Source of the DNA: Pseudomonadota bacterium
Lineage (GTDB): Bacteria; Pseudomonadota; Gammaproteobacteria; Burkholderiales; Methylophilaceae
Assembly: GCA_041165405.1 (NCBI GenBank)
Contig: JBEANL010000002.1
Span: 25,996-89,995, forward strand
Length of the DNA: 64,000 nucleotides
Direction: 5' to 3'
Both the position numbers and the translations under genes were made by a program. Position 1 is the stretch's first letter, and every line of letters starts with the position of its first letter. Under the pieces are notes generated by a model. That model had not been told where the DNA came from, ran no database searches, and saw nothing but the letters and a program-made list of their open reading frames with translations. This document shows, piece after piece, positions 1-10,004 of the stretch.

Positions 1-2
1 CA

Positions 3-338
3 TCACAAATGCTTGATGGCCTAGTAGGCGAAGGCGCTCAGATCCAGCGCGGGGAAAGATCAGAATCAATTTCTAATTTTAAAGAGGCGCTCGACTGGTT
101 GTTAAGCGAAGCAAAACATAATTTAAATATTCAGCGTTATAAAGGTTTGGGCGAAATGAATCCTGAACAACTTTGGGAAACTACTATGGACCCTAATGTA
201 CGCCGATTGCTTAAAGTCCAAATTGAAGATGCTATTTCGGCAGATGAAATATTTTCAACACTCATGGGTGACCAAGTGGAGCCGAGACGTGCATTTATTG
301 AAAATAATGCATTAGGAGCAAGTAATCTCGACATTTAG
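3..338 (+). CDS. gyrB: DNA gyrase subunit B, C-terminal fragment (5' truncated by window edge)
   Basis: [22 protein letters not shown]...[14 protein letters not shown] is the GyrB C-terminal signature; frame is open to the window start. Confidence 0.97.
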   Translation, partial: SQMLDGLVGEGAQIQRGERSESISNFKEALDWLLSEAKHNLNIQRYKGLGEMNPEQLWETTMDPNVRRLLKVQIEDAISADEIFSTLMGDQVEPRRAFIENNALGASNLDI

Positions 339-351
339 CCTTACTTAACTT

Positions 352-1251
352 ATGACACTAAGTGAACTAAGATTTGTGGTGGCTGTAGCTAAAGAAAAAA
401 ACTTTAGGCGCGCAGCAAGTAAATGTTTTGTGAGCCAGCCAGCATTAAGTTTAGCTATTAAAAAATTAGAAGAAGAGCTTAATGTTTCGTTGTTTGAAAG
501 AAATCGTACGGAAGTCACCATTACTGAAATTGGTGAAAGAATTATTGCGCAAGCCAATATCATTTTAGAAGAAGTTGAAAAAATAAAATCATTCGCTAAA
601 TCTGGCGGAGACCCCTTAGATGGACTAATTAAAGTAGGCATGATCCATTCAGTCGGACCTTACTTGTTGCCACAAATTATTCCTATTTTGAGAAAATTGG
701 CGCCCAAGATGCCATTAGAAGTCGAAGAAAATATTACTTCAAATCTAGAATTGCAATTAAAAAATGGACAAATTGACGCAGCGATTGTTGCTTTGCCATT
801 TAATATTCCAGGCATACAAGTTTTGCCAATTTATAAAGAAGAGTTTGTAGTCGCAGTACCTAATAATCATCCTTGGGCAGCACGAAAAAATATTGACCCG
901 AAAGAATTAAGCGATGAAAAAGTATTGCTTTTAAATAGCGGGCATTGTTTTAGTTTGCAGGTGGTGGAGTCTTGTCCTGATTTGTCTAAAAAAGGCGAAG
1001 TGCTTCAAGGTAATTCACTCGAAACTATTCGTAATATGGTGGCATCAAATTTAGGTATTACCGTGTTGCCAAAAAGTGCAACATCAGATCGTTATCAAAA
1101 TCATTTAATAAAGGTGATCCCATTTATTAAACCAATCCCTTCAAGAACTATTGCAATAGCTTATCGTAAAAGTTTTGTGCGAATGAAGGCTGTAGAAGTT
1201 ATTGGTGAAGCAGTGCGATTGATTAAAACAGATACGATTGAAATGATTTAA
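352..1251 (+). CDS. oxyR: LysR-family H2O2-sensing activator OxyR
   Basis: LysR HTH (NFRRAASKCFVSQPALS), redox pair GHCFSLQVVESC and SLETIRNMVAS motif. Confidence 0.88.
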   Translation: MTLSELRFVVAVAKEKNFRRAASKCFVSQPALSLAIKKLEEELNVSLFERNRTEVTITEIGERIIAQANIILEEVEKIKSFAKSGGDPLDGLIKVGMIHSVGPYLLPQIIPILRKLAPKMPLEVEENITSNLELQLKNGQIDAAIVALPFNIPGIQVLPIYKEEFVVAVPNNHPWAARKNIDPKELSDEKVLLLNSGHCFSLQVVESCPDLSKKGEVLQGNSLETIRNMVASNLGITVLPKSATSDRYQNHLIKVIPFIKPIPSRTIAIAYRKSFVRMKAVEVIGEAVRLIKTDTIEMI

Positions 1252-1253
1252 GA

Positions 1254-1283
1254 AAGAAGCGTTATATTTCAATAACGCTTCTT
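1254..1283. terminator. Stem-loop between convergent oxyR and DUF2892 gene
   Basis: aagaagcgttat-atttca-ataacgcttctt, 12-bp perfect stem. Confidence 0.7.
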
Positions 1284-1297
1284 AATATGGATAGTGA

Positions 1298-1615
1298 TTA
1301 ACGAGCTGCGCGTCTTCTTTTTGGAGCCGCTTTTCGTTTAGCAGCTGGTTTTTTAGCAGCAGCTTTACGAGCTGGTTTACGTTTAGCTGGTTTTCTTGCT
1401 GCGGGTGTTCTTGCAGGCGCTTTCTTAGAACCAAGACCTAAAACAGATTTGACAGGGCATGAAGATAAAACACCAGTGCCTAATAAAAATACACCAACGA
1501 TTTCATCTACCATACCATACTCAAACACAGAGTAACCACCAATTGCTTGGCCTAATACAGCTGCACCAACTGCAATACGAACTACTCTTTCTAAACCTTT
1601 AACGTTCTTCTTCAT
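1298..1615 (-). CDS. DUF2892/YgaP-like membrane domain with histone H1-like Lys/Arg/Ala-rich C-terminal tail
   Basis: N-terminus MKKNV..ERVVRI, two hydrophobic stretches, CP..LGL motif typical of DUF2892; tail KKAPARTPAARKPAKRKPARKAAAKK; AAGGA RBS. Confidence 0.8.
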   Translation of the reverse strand: MKKNVKGLERVVRIAVGAAVLGQAIGGYSVFEYGMVDEIVGVFLLGTGVLSSCPVKSVLGLGSKKAPARTPAARKPAKRKPARKAAAKKPAAKRKAAPKRRRAAR

Positions 1616-1667
1616 TTACTAATCCTTTTTATTAAGAGGAGTTTGCATCATAAACGAATTAAAAAAT

Positions 1668-2567
1668 TTAGGAAATACTTTTTTTCGTACCTGACATGAG
1701 AATCCAGCCTTCCCGTTCAATTGGTTTATTTAAATTAAACCATGCCCTATATATTTTAGTTAGCATTTCAACTTGTTCTTTTAATATACCAGATAACGCA
1801 ATTTTTCCGTGAGGCTTGCAAGCCCTGGCTATGATAGGCGCTAAAACAGAGAGTGCGCTAGATAAAATATTTGCAACAACAATATCCGCTTCAAAGTTTA
1901 ATGATGATTCGGAATTGTAAAATTGAATATCAACATGGTTTTCTTTTGCATTATGTGTGCTTGAAATAATTGCTTGTGGATCAATATCAACACCAACAAC
2001 TTCTTTTGCACCACATTTTTTTGCTGCAATCGACAAAATACCCGACCCACATCCATAATCTAAAACACGATCATTGATACTCACTTCTTTAATAAGCCAT
2101 TCTAGACATAAATGTGTTGTAGGGTGACTTCCTGTACCAAACGCCAACCCAGGATCTAAAATAATATTGATCGCGTTTGGATCGGGTATTGTGTGCCAGC
2201 TTGGTACGATCCAAAGTTGATTTAAAATGCTAATTGGTTCAAATTGTGATTGTGTTAATGCGACCCAATTTTGTTCTTCTACAGATTCAAGTGTGTAGTC
2301 AATTTCAGATAAACCCGTCAAAGTTTTAAGTTCATCAATCACGGTGTCCATAGATATGGAGTCATCAAAAAGAGATTCAATGGTATTGTGTTGCCAGATA
2401 GTATTACTAGGTATACAGGGCTCATCAAAAAGCGCTTCTTCATTTTCGCTATTGAGATACGAGTCTTCGATCGATGATGAAAGTGCGCCGAGTTCGATTA
2501 AAGCATCACTAATGATATGCGCATATTCTGCACTTGCTCGGATTTTAAGATTAATCCAAGCGGCCAT
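1668..2567 (-). CDS. prmA: Ribosomal protein L11 methyltransferase
   Basis: LDPGLAFGTGSHPTT, VLDYGCGSGIL, VVANIL motifs; follows accC. Confidence 0.96.
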   Translation of the reverse strand: MAAWINLKIRASAEYAHIISDALIELGALSSSIEDSYLNSENEEALFDEPCIPSNTIWQHNTIESLFDDSISMDTVIDELKTLTGLSEIDYTLESVEEQNWVALTQSQFEPISILNQLWIVPSWHTIPDPNAINIILDPGLAFGTGSHPTTHLCLEWLIKEVSINDRVLDYGCGSGILSIAAKKCGAKEVVGVDIDPQAIISSTHNAKENHVDIQFYNSESSLNFEADIVVANILSSALSVLAPIIARACKPHGKIALSGILKEQVEMLTKIYRAWFNLNKPIEREGWILMSGTKKSIS

Positions 2568-3917
2568 TTATTTTTTTTGTATGCCGAGTTTTTTTTCTAA
2601 ATAATGGATGCTGACACCGCCATTGTTAAACGCAAGATCAGCCATGAGATCTAAGTGCAAAGGAATATTTGTTTTAATACCTTCTACGACCATTTCTGAT
2701 AAAGCCACACGCATTCTTGCTACAGCTTGATCTCGTGTATCACCATAAGTAATTAATTTACCAATCATCGAGTCGTAATTGGAAGGCACGGTATAGCCTG
2801 CATAAGTGTGTGTATCTACACGAACACCAGGGCCTCCTGGCATGTGGAATGTAGTGACCTTGCCAGGTGAAGGAACAAAGTTATAAGGATCTTCAGCATT
2901 AATCCGACATTCAATTGCATGACCTTTAAATACAATATCTTTTTGTTTAAATGGTAATTTTTCACCTGCAGCAATTTTGATTTGCTGTTGAACAATATCA
3001 ATACCGGTTATAAATTCTGTGACAGGGTGTTCAACTTGTAAGCGCGTATTCATTTCAATGAAATAAAATTCATTATTTTCATATAAAAATTCAAATGTAC
3101 CTGCGCCACGATAATTAATTGTGCGACATGCTTCAGCACAGCGCTCGCCAATTTTTTCGCGAAGCTTTGCAGATAATCCAGGTGCTGGTGCTTCTTCAAT
3201 AATTTTTTGATGACGACGTTGGAGAGAACAATCGCGTTCTCCAAGATATACAGCATTGCCGTGTTGATCGGAGAGCACTTGAAATTCAACATGTCGTGGT
3301 TTTTCTAAAAACTTTTCCATGTATACGGTTGGATTACCAAAAGCTGTTTGTGCTTCCTGTTTTGTCATGTTGACTGAGCCAATTAAAGCAGCTTCGGTGT
3401 GAACAACACGCATGCCTCGACCACCACCACCACCAGCGGCCTTAATAATGATGGGGTAACCAATTTTTTTAGCAATCGCGAGCACCTCTTTTGGATCTTC
3501 AGGAAGTGCGCCATCAGAGCCGGGCACACAAGGCACACCCGCTTCTTTCATCGCATTTTTTGCGCTGACTTTGTCGCCCATAAGACGAATGGTTTCTGGA
3601 CGCGGGCCAATAAATACGAAGCCGCTTTGTTGAACGCGCTCAGCGAAGTCTGCATTTTCAGACAAAAAACCATAGCCAGGATGAATCGCTTCTGCATCTG
3701 TTACTTCAGCAGCACTTATCACAGCCGGGATATTTAAATAGCTTTGTGTCGAAGGCGCTGGGCCAATACATACAGACTCATCAGATAGCTTGACGTATTT
3801 TGCATCTCGGTCTGCTTCAGAATGGACAGTTACTGTTTTAATGCCAAGTTCGCGACATGCACGTAATACTCTAAGTGCAATTTCGCCACGATTGGCGATT
3901 AGTATTTTTTCAAACAT
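2568..3917 (-). CDS. accC: Acetyl-CoA carboxylase biotin carboxylase
   Basis: [47 protein letters not shown]. Confidence 0.98.
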   Translation of the reverse strand: MFEKILIANRGEIALRVLRACRELGIKTVTVHSEADRDAKYVKLSDESVCIGPAPSTQSYLNIPAVISAAEVTDAEAIHPGYGFLSENADFAERVQQSGFVFIGPRPETIRLMGDKVSAKNAMKEAGVPCVPGSDGALPEDPKEVLAIAKKIGYPIIIKAAGGGGGRGMRVVHTEAALIGSVNMTKQEAQTAFGNPTVYMEKFLEKPRHVEFQVLSDQHGNAVYLGERDCSLQRRHQKIIEEAPAPGLSAKLREKIGERCAEACRTINYRGAGTFEFLYENNEFYFIEMNTRLQVEHPVTEFITGIDIVQQQIKIAAGEKLPFKQKDIVFKGHAIECRINAEDPYNFVPSPGKVTTFHMPGGPGVRVDTHTYAGYTVPSNYDSMIGKLITYGDTRDQAVARMRVALSEMVVEGIKTNIPLHLDLMADLAFNNGGVSIHYLEKKLGIQKK

Positions 3918-3925
3918 AAAGTAAG

Positions 3926-4393
3926 TTAGCCAATAATAAAGAGAGTTTCGCCGTATTCAACAGGCTGACCGTTTTCAACCAAGATTTTTTTAATCGTACC
4001 CGTTGCATCCGCTTCAATTTCATTGAGTAATTTCATAGCTTCAATGATACAAAGTGTGTCACCTTTAGTCACTTTAGAGCCGACATCGACAAAAGCTTTA
4101 GCATCAGGAGAAGGTGAGCGATAGAAGGTTCCTACCATCGGAGAATTTACTGCATGCCCATCTATTTTTTCTGCGACAGGTTTAGTTTCTGAAGTATTTA
4201 AGTCGGATGGAGCCGCCATTTGAAACTGAGGCGCTGCTTGTTGAGGCGCTTGTATGTAATGCGTCATTGGCGCTGCTTGATTCATAAGTTGACGGCTGAT
4301 TTTGACTTTTTCTTCACCTTCGGTGAGTTCAAGTTCAGCGATACCAGACTCTTCAACCAAGTCGATTAATTTTTTAAGTTTGCGTAAATCCAT
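3926..4393 (-). CDS. accB: Biotin carboxyl carrier protein
   Basis: [27 protein letters not shown] biotinylation motif. Confidence 0.98.
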   Translation of the reverse strand: MDLRKLKKLIDLVEESGIAELELTEGEEKVKISRQLMNQAAPMTHYIQAPQQAAPQFQMAAPSDLNTSETKPVAEKIDGHAVNSPMVGTFYRSPSPDAKAFVDVGSKVTKGDTLCIIEAMKLLNEIEADATGTIKKILVENGQPVEYGETLFIIG

Positions 4394-4413
4394 AATGACC
4401 TCTTTTTAAAACT

Positions 4414-4851
4414 TTAAGCGTTAATTGCATAATTAAGGGCTGCTATATACCCATCTGCACCTAAGCCGCTAATCACAGCGACAGCGATGTCAGAAAAATA
4501 AGAGTGATGCCTAAAAGGCTCCCTTGCATATACATTAGATAAATGAACTTCGATAAATGGTACTTTGACGGCAGACAATGCATCGCGCATCGCCACTGAT
4601 GTGTGGGTATAAGCTGCCGGATTAATAATAAGAAAATCAACTTTGTCTTTGTGAAGTGATTGTATTTTGTTTACTAAGTCGCCTTCACTATTACTTTGCA
4701 TGGTTTCAAGCTTAATGGACTTCGCTGAGGCTATGGTTTTTAAGACTTGATCGATGTCTTCCAAGGTTTGTTTGCCATAGTGCTGCGGCTCACGCTCTCC
4801 CAGAAGGTTTAGGTTGGGCCCATGCAAAACTAGGATTGATTTTGTTGCCAT
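4414..4851 (-). CDS. aroQ: Type II 3-dehydroquinate dehydratase
   Basis: [38 protein letters not shown]. Confidence 0.97.
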   Translation of the reverse strand: MATKSILVLHGPNLNLLGEREPQHYGKQTLEDIDQVLKTIASAKSIKLETMQSNSEGDLVNKIQSLHKDKVDFLIINPAAYTHTSVAMRDALSAVKVPFIEVHLSNVYAREPFRHHSYFSDIAVAVISGLGADGYIAALNYAINA

Positions 4852-4937
4852 GCGTCACGTTTTTTCTTGAATCTATGTAAGTTAATTTTGCCGAAAATAA
4901 CGTTTTTTGTCTACAAATTAGACGAAATTAAGGAAAA

Positions 4938-5486
4938 TTAAAGACTTTTAGAGGGTTGCAATAAAGGTTTGATTGTGGCATCTAGTTGGCCTTTATGTAC
5001 ACGACCAAGAATGGTTTTTTGAATGATACCTTGTGAATCGATGATTACAGTATAAGGCAAAATACCCTCATTGTTCCCTAAATTTTTACTTAGGATCACC
5101 CCTTTATCCTCGTCAACAAAAATAGGGTATGTTACTTTTGTTTTTTTAAGATAAGCCTTCACGGCCTTTTCTTCATCAATCGCAATTCCCAAAACCACAA
5201 CGTTTTTAGATTGATTCTCAACATAGAAATTAGATAATTCAGGCATTTCTTCGCGACAAGGTTCGCACCAAGTTGCCCAAAAATTAAGCACAATAGTTTT
5301 ACTTTGAAATTGTTTAAGGCTTTGCGGCTTGCCTTCAGGATCATTAATAATAGAAGTAAATAGCGGGGCAGCTGAAGTAGCTTTAATTTCTGAGGGCATT
5401 AAAAAAATGCGAAAAATAGAAAAACCCAAAAAAATAATAGCAAGCACATAAATTGCTGCATGAAGAAAGCCTTTATTGATTTTCAT
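4938..5486 (-). CDS. TlpA/ResA-family membrane-anchored thiol-disulfide oxidoreductase
   Basis: N-terminal TM, LNFWATWCEPCREEMP, cis-Pro LPYT. Confidence 0.92.
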   Translation of the reverse strand: MKINKGFLHAAIYVLAIIFLGFSIFRIFLMPSEIKATSAAPLFTSIINDPEGKPQSLKQFQSKTIVLNFWATWCEPCREEMPELSNFYVENQSKNVVVLGIAIDEEKAVKAYLKKTKVTYPIFVDEDKGVILSKNLGNNEGILPYTVIIDSQGIIQKTILGRVHKGQLDATIKPLLQPSKSL

Positions 5487-7266
5487 GTTGAAGCGTTCTA
5501 AGGTGATCTAACATTTGCGAAGCGTTTTTGTACCCTACAATTCTAAAAGTACGTACTTCATTATGTTGCTTATCAAAAAATAAAATTGCTGGCGGACCAT
5601 AAAGATTGAAATGTTTTAATAAAGCTTTATGTTGAGCATTGTTTTGAGTTACATCAACCTGGAGCAAATTATATTCAGAAAGATGTTCTTTAATTTTAGG
5701 ATTAGTAAAAGTAAGTTTTTCGTATTCTTTACAAGAAACGCACCAGTCCGCATAGAAATCAAGCATGATCATTTTATTATCGCGTTGATTGAGTTCGCGA
5801 GATAAATCATCAAGGCTTTGAATTTGTTTAAAAGGTAAAACAGAAACGTGATTAGGCCGAGTCGTGTTAGAAAGATTTTCGCTATAGGATACATTGATTC
5901 TTTGAAGCGTTAACCCAAAAAGCAAAATGGAAGCAATGAGCGTTACAAAAGCTGACAAATGAACCCAAGACATGGTTTTGTATTTGAAACGATGGTTTGC
6001 AAAAAATAGATAGATAGATAGTGCTAGTAATAAAGCACTATAAGCAATTTGATCCATATTTTCAGGGAACAATGGACTCATAATAAAAAGCCCCATGGCA
6101 ATTAACATAAATCCAATAAGTTCTTTAACAATAATCATCCAGTGACCACGCTTAGGAAGCCATTGATCAGAGAAGATACCAATAAGAAGAAGCGGTATGC
6201 TCATCCCGATTGAAAGTGTAAATAGTGCTAAGCCACCTAAAATAAAATCACGCGATTGACTGATGTAAATAATTGCTCCCGCAAGAGGAGGGGCAATACA
6301 AGGGCTTAATACAAGCGATGAAATAGAGCCAATAATAAATACATTCAAATATTTTCCGCCTTCAACGCGAAGAATTGAAGTGGCAATAAAATGCTCGATA
6401 GAATGAGGCAATTTAAGCGCATATAAATCAAACATAGAAAGTGCTAGAAGAATAAAGACAATCCCCATAACAGCCATGAGCGTTGGGCTTTGTATACTTG
6501 TTGTAACTAAATTACCTGATAGTCCTGCAAAGACACCTAGCAAGGTGTAAGTAAAAGAAACACCACCTACATAACTTAAGGATAGAAAAAAGTCTTTTAA
6601 GCGGGTTTGATGGGAGGGGCGTTTATGTGATGCAAAAATGATACTTGATAAAATAGGAATCATTGGCAATACGCAAGGTGTTAATGATAGTAGTAAACCA
6701 GCGATAAAGAAGCTTAATAAGATAAGACCTACATGTTGTGATTGTAATAAAAATTGCATCGTATCAACTTCTGAATTAGAGCTGATTGTTTTTGATCCAC
6801 CAGTTTTAATATTATCGAATTTAAAATCTTTTTTAATGGGTGCATAGCAAAGGCCTTTTGAACTGCATCCTTGATATGTCACACTTATTTCCTTTGGGGG
6901 ATGATTTGTATCATAGGGAACAGAGGCATTTAATGTATTGTGATAAATTTCTGACTTTCCAAAATGGGTGTCTATTTTAATTTCAGGAGTAGGCAAAAGT
7001 ATTTGGTTTTGAGGAGCATGATCAAACTCAACTTTTAATTTATTGCGATAAAGATAATAGTCTTTTGCAATAAAGAAAGAGGTCTCAATAGATTGAGAAT
7101 TTTTCTTAATGGTTAATTGAAATGCTTCATCAGGCTGTAAAAAATCATTTTTATCTTTTAAAAATAAAGATTCGTTTGCATGTGCACTATTCAGGATTAG
7201 GCCGATAAAAAATAAACAGAATAAAATAGTTATTTTTTTTGATAAAGAAAAAAAACGGCTAAACAT
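5473..7266 (-). CDS. dsbD: Protein-disulfide reductase DsbD
   Basis: YQGC..GLCY (alpha), LTPCVLPMIPI and SPCIAP (beta), DFYADWCVSC (gamma). Confidence 0.95.
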   Translation of the reverse strand: MFSRFFSLSKKITILFCLFFIGLILNSAHANESLFLKDKNDFLQPDEAFQLTIKKNSQSIETSFFIAKDYYLYRNKLKVEFDHAPQNQILLPTPEIKIDTHFGKSEIYHNTLNASVPYDTNHPPKEISVTYQGCSSKGLCYAPIKKDFKFDNIKTGGSKTISSNSEVDTMQFLLQSQHVGLILLSFFIAGLLLSLTPCVLPMIPILSSIIFASHKRPSHQTRLKDFFLSLSYVGGVSFTYTLLGVFAGLSGNLVTTSIQSPTLMAVMGIVFILLALSMFDLYALKLPHSIEHFIATSILRVEGGKYLNVFIIGSISSLVLSPCIAPPLAGAIIYISQSRDFILGGLALFTLSIGMSIPLLLIGIFSDQWLPKRGHWMIIVKELIGFMLIAMGLFIMSPLFPENMDQIAYSALLLALSIYLFFANHRFKYKTMSWVHLSAFVTLIASILLFGLTLQRINVSYSENLSNTTRPNHVSVLPFKQIQSLDDLSRELNQRDNKMIMLDFYADWCVSCKEYEKLTFTNPKIKEHLSEYNLLQVDVTQNNAQHKALLKHFNLYGPPAILFFDKQHNEVRTFRIVGYKNASQMLDHLRTLQHENQ

Positions 7267-7406
7267 GAAAAATGGCCTTTAAAAAGAAGCAAGTTGATTG
7301 GAGTTAAATCATCATAAAATCGTTCCTTAAGAATCATTGAATCAAGCTCTTAAGCACAACGATCATTTATTACATATAATTCTAACTAAAATCATAGAAT
7401 AACCTA

Positions 7407-7802
7407 ATGCGATTACTTTTTACTATTCTTTTATTATCCTTCCCAGTCATTGAAATATGGGGCATTTTTAAACTAAGCGCTCTTTATGGATGGTGGTTTT
7501 TTCTCTATATGATTTTGGTCACTTACCTTGGTTGGCGATTAATCAAGGAAGAAAAACAATTAGTTTTTGCAAAGCTTATGGGTGCGATGGGACAGGGTGG
7601 CAATCCAATTAAAACGATGATTGGAAGTGCCCGTAATTTTTTTGCAGGTATCTTATTTATTATTCCAGGCGTGATTACAGATTTTTTTGCAATTATATTG
7701 CTCTTAATACCCATTAAAGATAAAGCTTCTCAAAATACTCACCCAACTGAAGAAGACATTATCGAAGGAGAGTATCGACGAGATGATGAGCTTTTAAAAT
7801 AA
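7407..7802 (+). CDS. fxsA: FxsA family membrane protein
   Basis: PVIEI, AGILFIIPGVITD, C-terminal IIEGEYRR. Confidence 0.88.
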   Translation: MRLLFTILLLSFPVIEIWGIFKLSALYGWWFFLYMILVTYLGWRLIKEEKQLVFAKLMGAMGQGGNPIKTMIGSARNFFAGILFIIPGVITDFFAIILLLIPIKDKASQNTHPTEEDIIEGEYRRDDELLK

Positions 7803-8824
7803 TGAGTTACACGATAAAACTTTTACCCAGTGAACATACATTTCAAGCCAAGGGAAGCCAAACAATTGTAGAGGCTGCCATTGATGCAGGCGTGCATTTA
7901 CCATATGGTTGTCGAAATGGTGCTTGTGGTGCATGCAAAGGTAAAGTCGTGGAAGGTAAAGTGCATTTAGAAGACTACCAGTCAGCGGTCATCTCAGAAG
8001 AAGAGATTAAAAATGGTATGACACTATTTTGTCGAGCAATGGCTTTAGAAAATTTAACCATTGAGATTAAAGAATTGGGAAGCACTAATAATATTAAACC
8101 TAAAATATTTCCTGTGCGTGTCGAGGCCCTAGAGAAGCTTACATATGACGTGATGCTAATGAAATTAAAACTCCCAAGTACTGACAAACTTCAATTTGTG
8201 GCAGGACAATACTTAGAGTTTTTACTTAAAGACGGAAAGCGCAGAGCATTTTCTATTGCAAGCCCCTCCCATGAATCTTCTTTAATTGAGTTACATCTTA
8301 GACTGATTCCAGGTGGCGAATTTACAGAATATGTATTCCAAGAAATGAAAGAAAAATCTATTTTGCGCGTGGAAGGCCCTTTTGGAAATTTCTTTTTACG
8401 CGAAGACTCTACGAAGCCTATTATTTTCGTAGCTGGTGGTACAGGCTTCGCACCAATCAAGGGCATGATTGAAGAATCTATTCAAAAAGGTATGAAGCGA
8501 CCTATCAAGCTTTATCGTGGTGCAAGAATATTGGAAGATTTATACATGGATGCATTATGCAAAAAATGGGCGCGCGAATTTTCTCATATTGAATATATAC
8601 CTGTATTGTCAGAATCGCTTATAGAAGATAAATGGGAGGGTCGCAAAGGCTTGGTGCATGAAGTTGTTTTAAAAGATTTTACAAATTTGAATGGCTACCA
8701 ATTGTATTGTTGTGGCGCTCCACAAATGGTAGAAGTAGCGCACAAAGCATTTATTGCACAAGGACTCCCAGAAGATGAGTTTTATTCAGATGCCTTTACA
8801 TTTGCAGCACCCTTAAAAAAATAG
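7802..8824 (+). CDS. 2Fe-2S ferredoxin/NAD(P)H-flavin reductase (CDP-6-deoxy-delta-3,4-glucoseen reductase family)
   Basis: PYGCRNGACGACK 2Fe-2S motif, RRAFSIAS FAD motif, AGGTGFAP, YCCGAPQMV. Confidence 0.9.
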   Translation: MSYTIKLLPSEHTFQAKGSQTIVEAAIDAGVHLPYGCRNGACGACKGKVVEGKVHLEDYQSAVISEEEIKNGMTLFCRAMALENLTIEIKELGSTNNIKPKIFPVRVEALEKLTYDVMLMKLKLPSTDKLQFVAGQYLEFLLKDGKRRAFSIASPSHESSLIELHLRLIPGGEFTEYVFQEMKEKSILRVEGPFGNFFLREDSTKPIIFVAGGTGFAPIKGMIEESIQKGMKRPIKLYRGARILEDLYMDALCKKWAREFSHIEYIPVLSESLIEDKWEGRKGLVHEVVLKDFTNLNGYQLYCCGAPQMVEVAHKAFIAQGLPEDEFYSDAFTFAAPLKK

Positions 8825-8838
8825 AAACAAATAGACAT

Positions 8839-8865
8839 AAAAAAAGGCGCTTTTAGCGCCTTTTT
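8839..8865. terminator. Bidirectional intrinsic terminator
   Basis: aaaaaaaggcgct-ttt-agcgccttttt between convergent genes. Confidence 0.88.
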
Positions 8866-8885
8866 CTTAAGATACAAAAAGCTAA

Positions 8886-9047
8886 TTACTTAGCAGCTTT
8901 AGCATCAGCAGCTGGTTTAGCAGCTGGAGCAGCTTTAGCATCAGCAGCTGGTTTAGCATTAGCAGCTGGTTTAGCAGCGTCAGCAGCGAAAGCGTTTAAA
9001 GAAAGTGCGAATAAACCTGCAACTAATGAAGCGAATAACTTAGACAT
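8886..9047 (-). CDS. Small secreted Ala/Lys/Pro-rich protein, 53 aa (not in ORF track)
   Basis: Hand translation MSKLFASLVAGLFALSLNAFA-ADAAKPAANAKPAADAKAAPAAKPAADAKAAK; AFA signal-peptidase site, TAAGGA RBS, TATAAT at 9131-9136, terminator downstream. Confidence 0.85.
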   Translation of the reverse strand: MSKLFASLVAGLFALSLNAFAADAAKPAANAKPAADAKAAPAAKPAADAKAAK

Positions 9048-9230
9048 GTAATTTCCTTAAATATTAATTAAACAAAATATGTATCAAAGCGATACATATT
9101 GAACCGTGTATAAAGCACGATTTGATGCGCATTATACATGAGCCATAATTTTTATCTATAAAATACGACTACATTTTAATGACTTAAATTTTTTGAAAAA
9201 GTTCTATGAAATTTATAGATTGCTAAACAA

Positions 9231-10004
9231 TTAGTGATCAATTGTTTCTAAAAGTTTTTGCATCATTGATTGATCAGAAGGCTCGTCTGACGCAAAAGTC
9301 ATAAAAGATTCTCTTTCAAGCACATTCACCATCCTTGGATGATTGACGATAAAAAGAACATCTTTTAAAAAATTCATATTTTTTAATCGACTTAAGCGAA
9401 CAAATTCCTTGCATGCTTCCGAGCTTGTAATCAGTATTGCTGAAATATGAATTTTTTCTGAAAAAGCCTTAAGTAAATCTAAATTAGTTTGAGGAAAAGT
9501 GCGTACATAACATTCAGCATAGGTGACTTCAGCACCTCGCGCTCTTAATGTTTCTGCTAGCGTTTCTCGACCACCTTCACCTCTAAAAATCACAATTTTT
9601 TTATTTTTAATATCATTCATTTCTTTGGTAGCAAGTAAACCTTCACTATCAAAGCTTTCATCTGGTATGAGGACATGATTTACGTCAAATAATTTCAATG
9701 CTTTTTGAGTAGAGGGCCCAATAGCTGCAAATTGTGTTGATCTAGGCAATGTGTGGAATGCTTGTTTCACAATCGGCATACCAAATTGAACAGCATTTGA
9801 ACTAATGAAAATAGCCCAATCATAATTATCTAATTTTAAAACGACATTTTGAAAAGTTTCATTTTGGCTTTTTGATTTGATTTCAAGCAATGGAAATTCG
9901 ATTGGATGTCCTTGGTGCTCGTTCACCAAAGCTTTAATTTCGCCTGTTTGATGAGAGGGACGTGTAATTACAATACCTGTTTGATGAAGTTCTTTTGTAC
10001 TCAT
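9231..10004 (-). CDS. hemD: Uroporphyrinogen-III synthase
   Basis: VITRP, IFISSNAV, AIGPST, FRGEGGRE, ECYVR; overlaps hemC stop. Confidence 0.94.
   Translation of the reverse strand: MSTKELHQTGIVITRPSHQTGEIKALVNEHQGHPIEFPLLEIKSKSQNETFQNVVLKLDNYDWAIFISSNAVQFGMPIVKQAFHTLPRSTQFAAIGPSTQKALKLFDVNHVLIPDESFDSEGLLATKEMNDIKNKKIVIFRGEGGRETLAETLRARGAEVTYAECYVRTFPQTNLDLLKAFSEKIHISAILITSSEACKEFVRLSRLKNMNFLKDVLFIVNHPRMVNVLERESFMTFASDEPSDQSMMQKLLETIDH

Noticed and set aside
8886-8990. Tandem gcagctggtttagca-type repeats as a possible CRISPR or mini-satellite
   Set aside because: No constant repeat-spacer period, no cas genes; explained by the AKPAA-coding ORF on the minus strand
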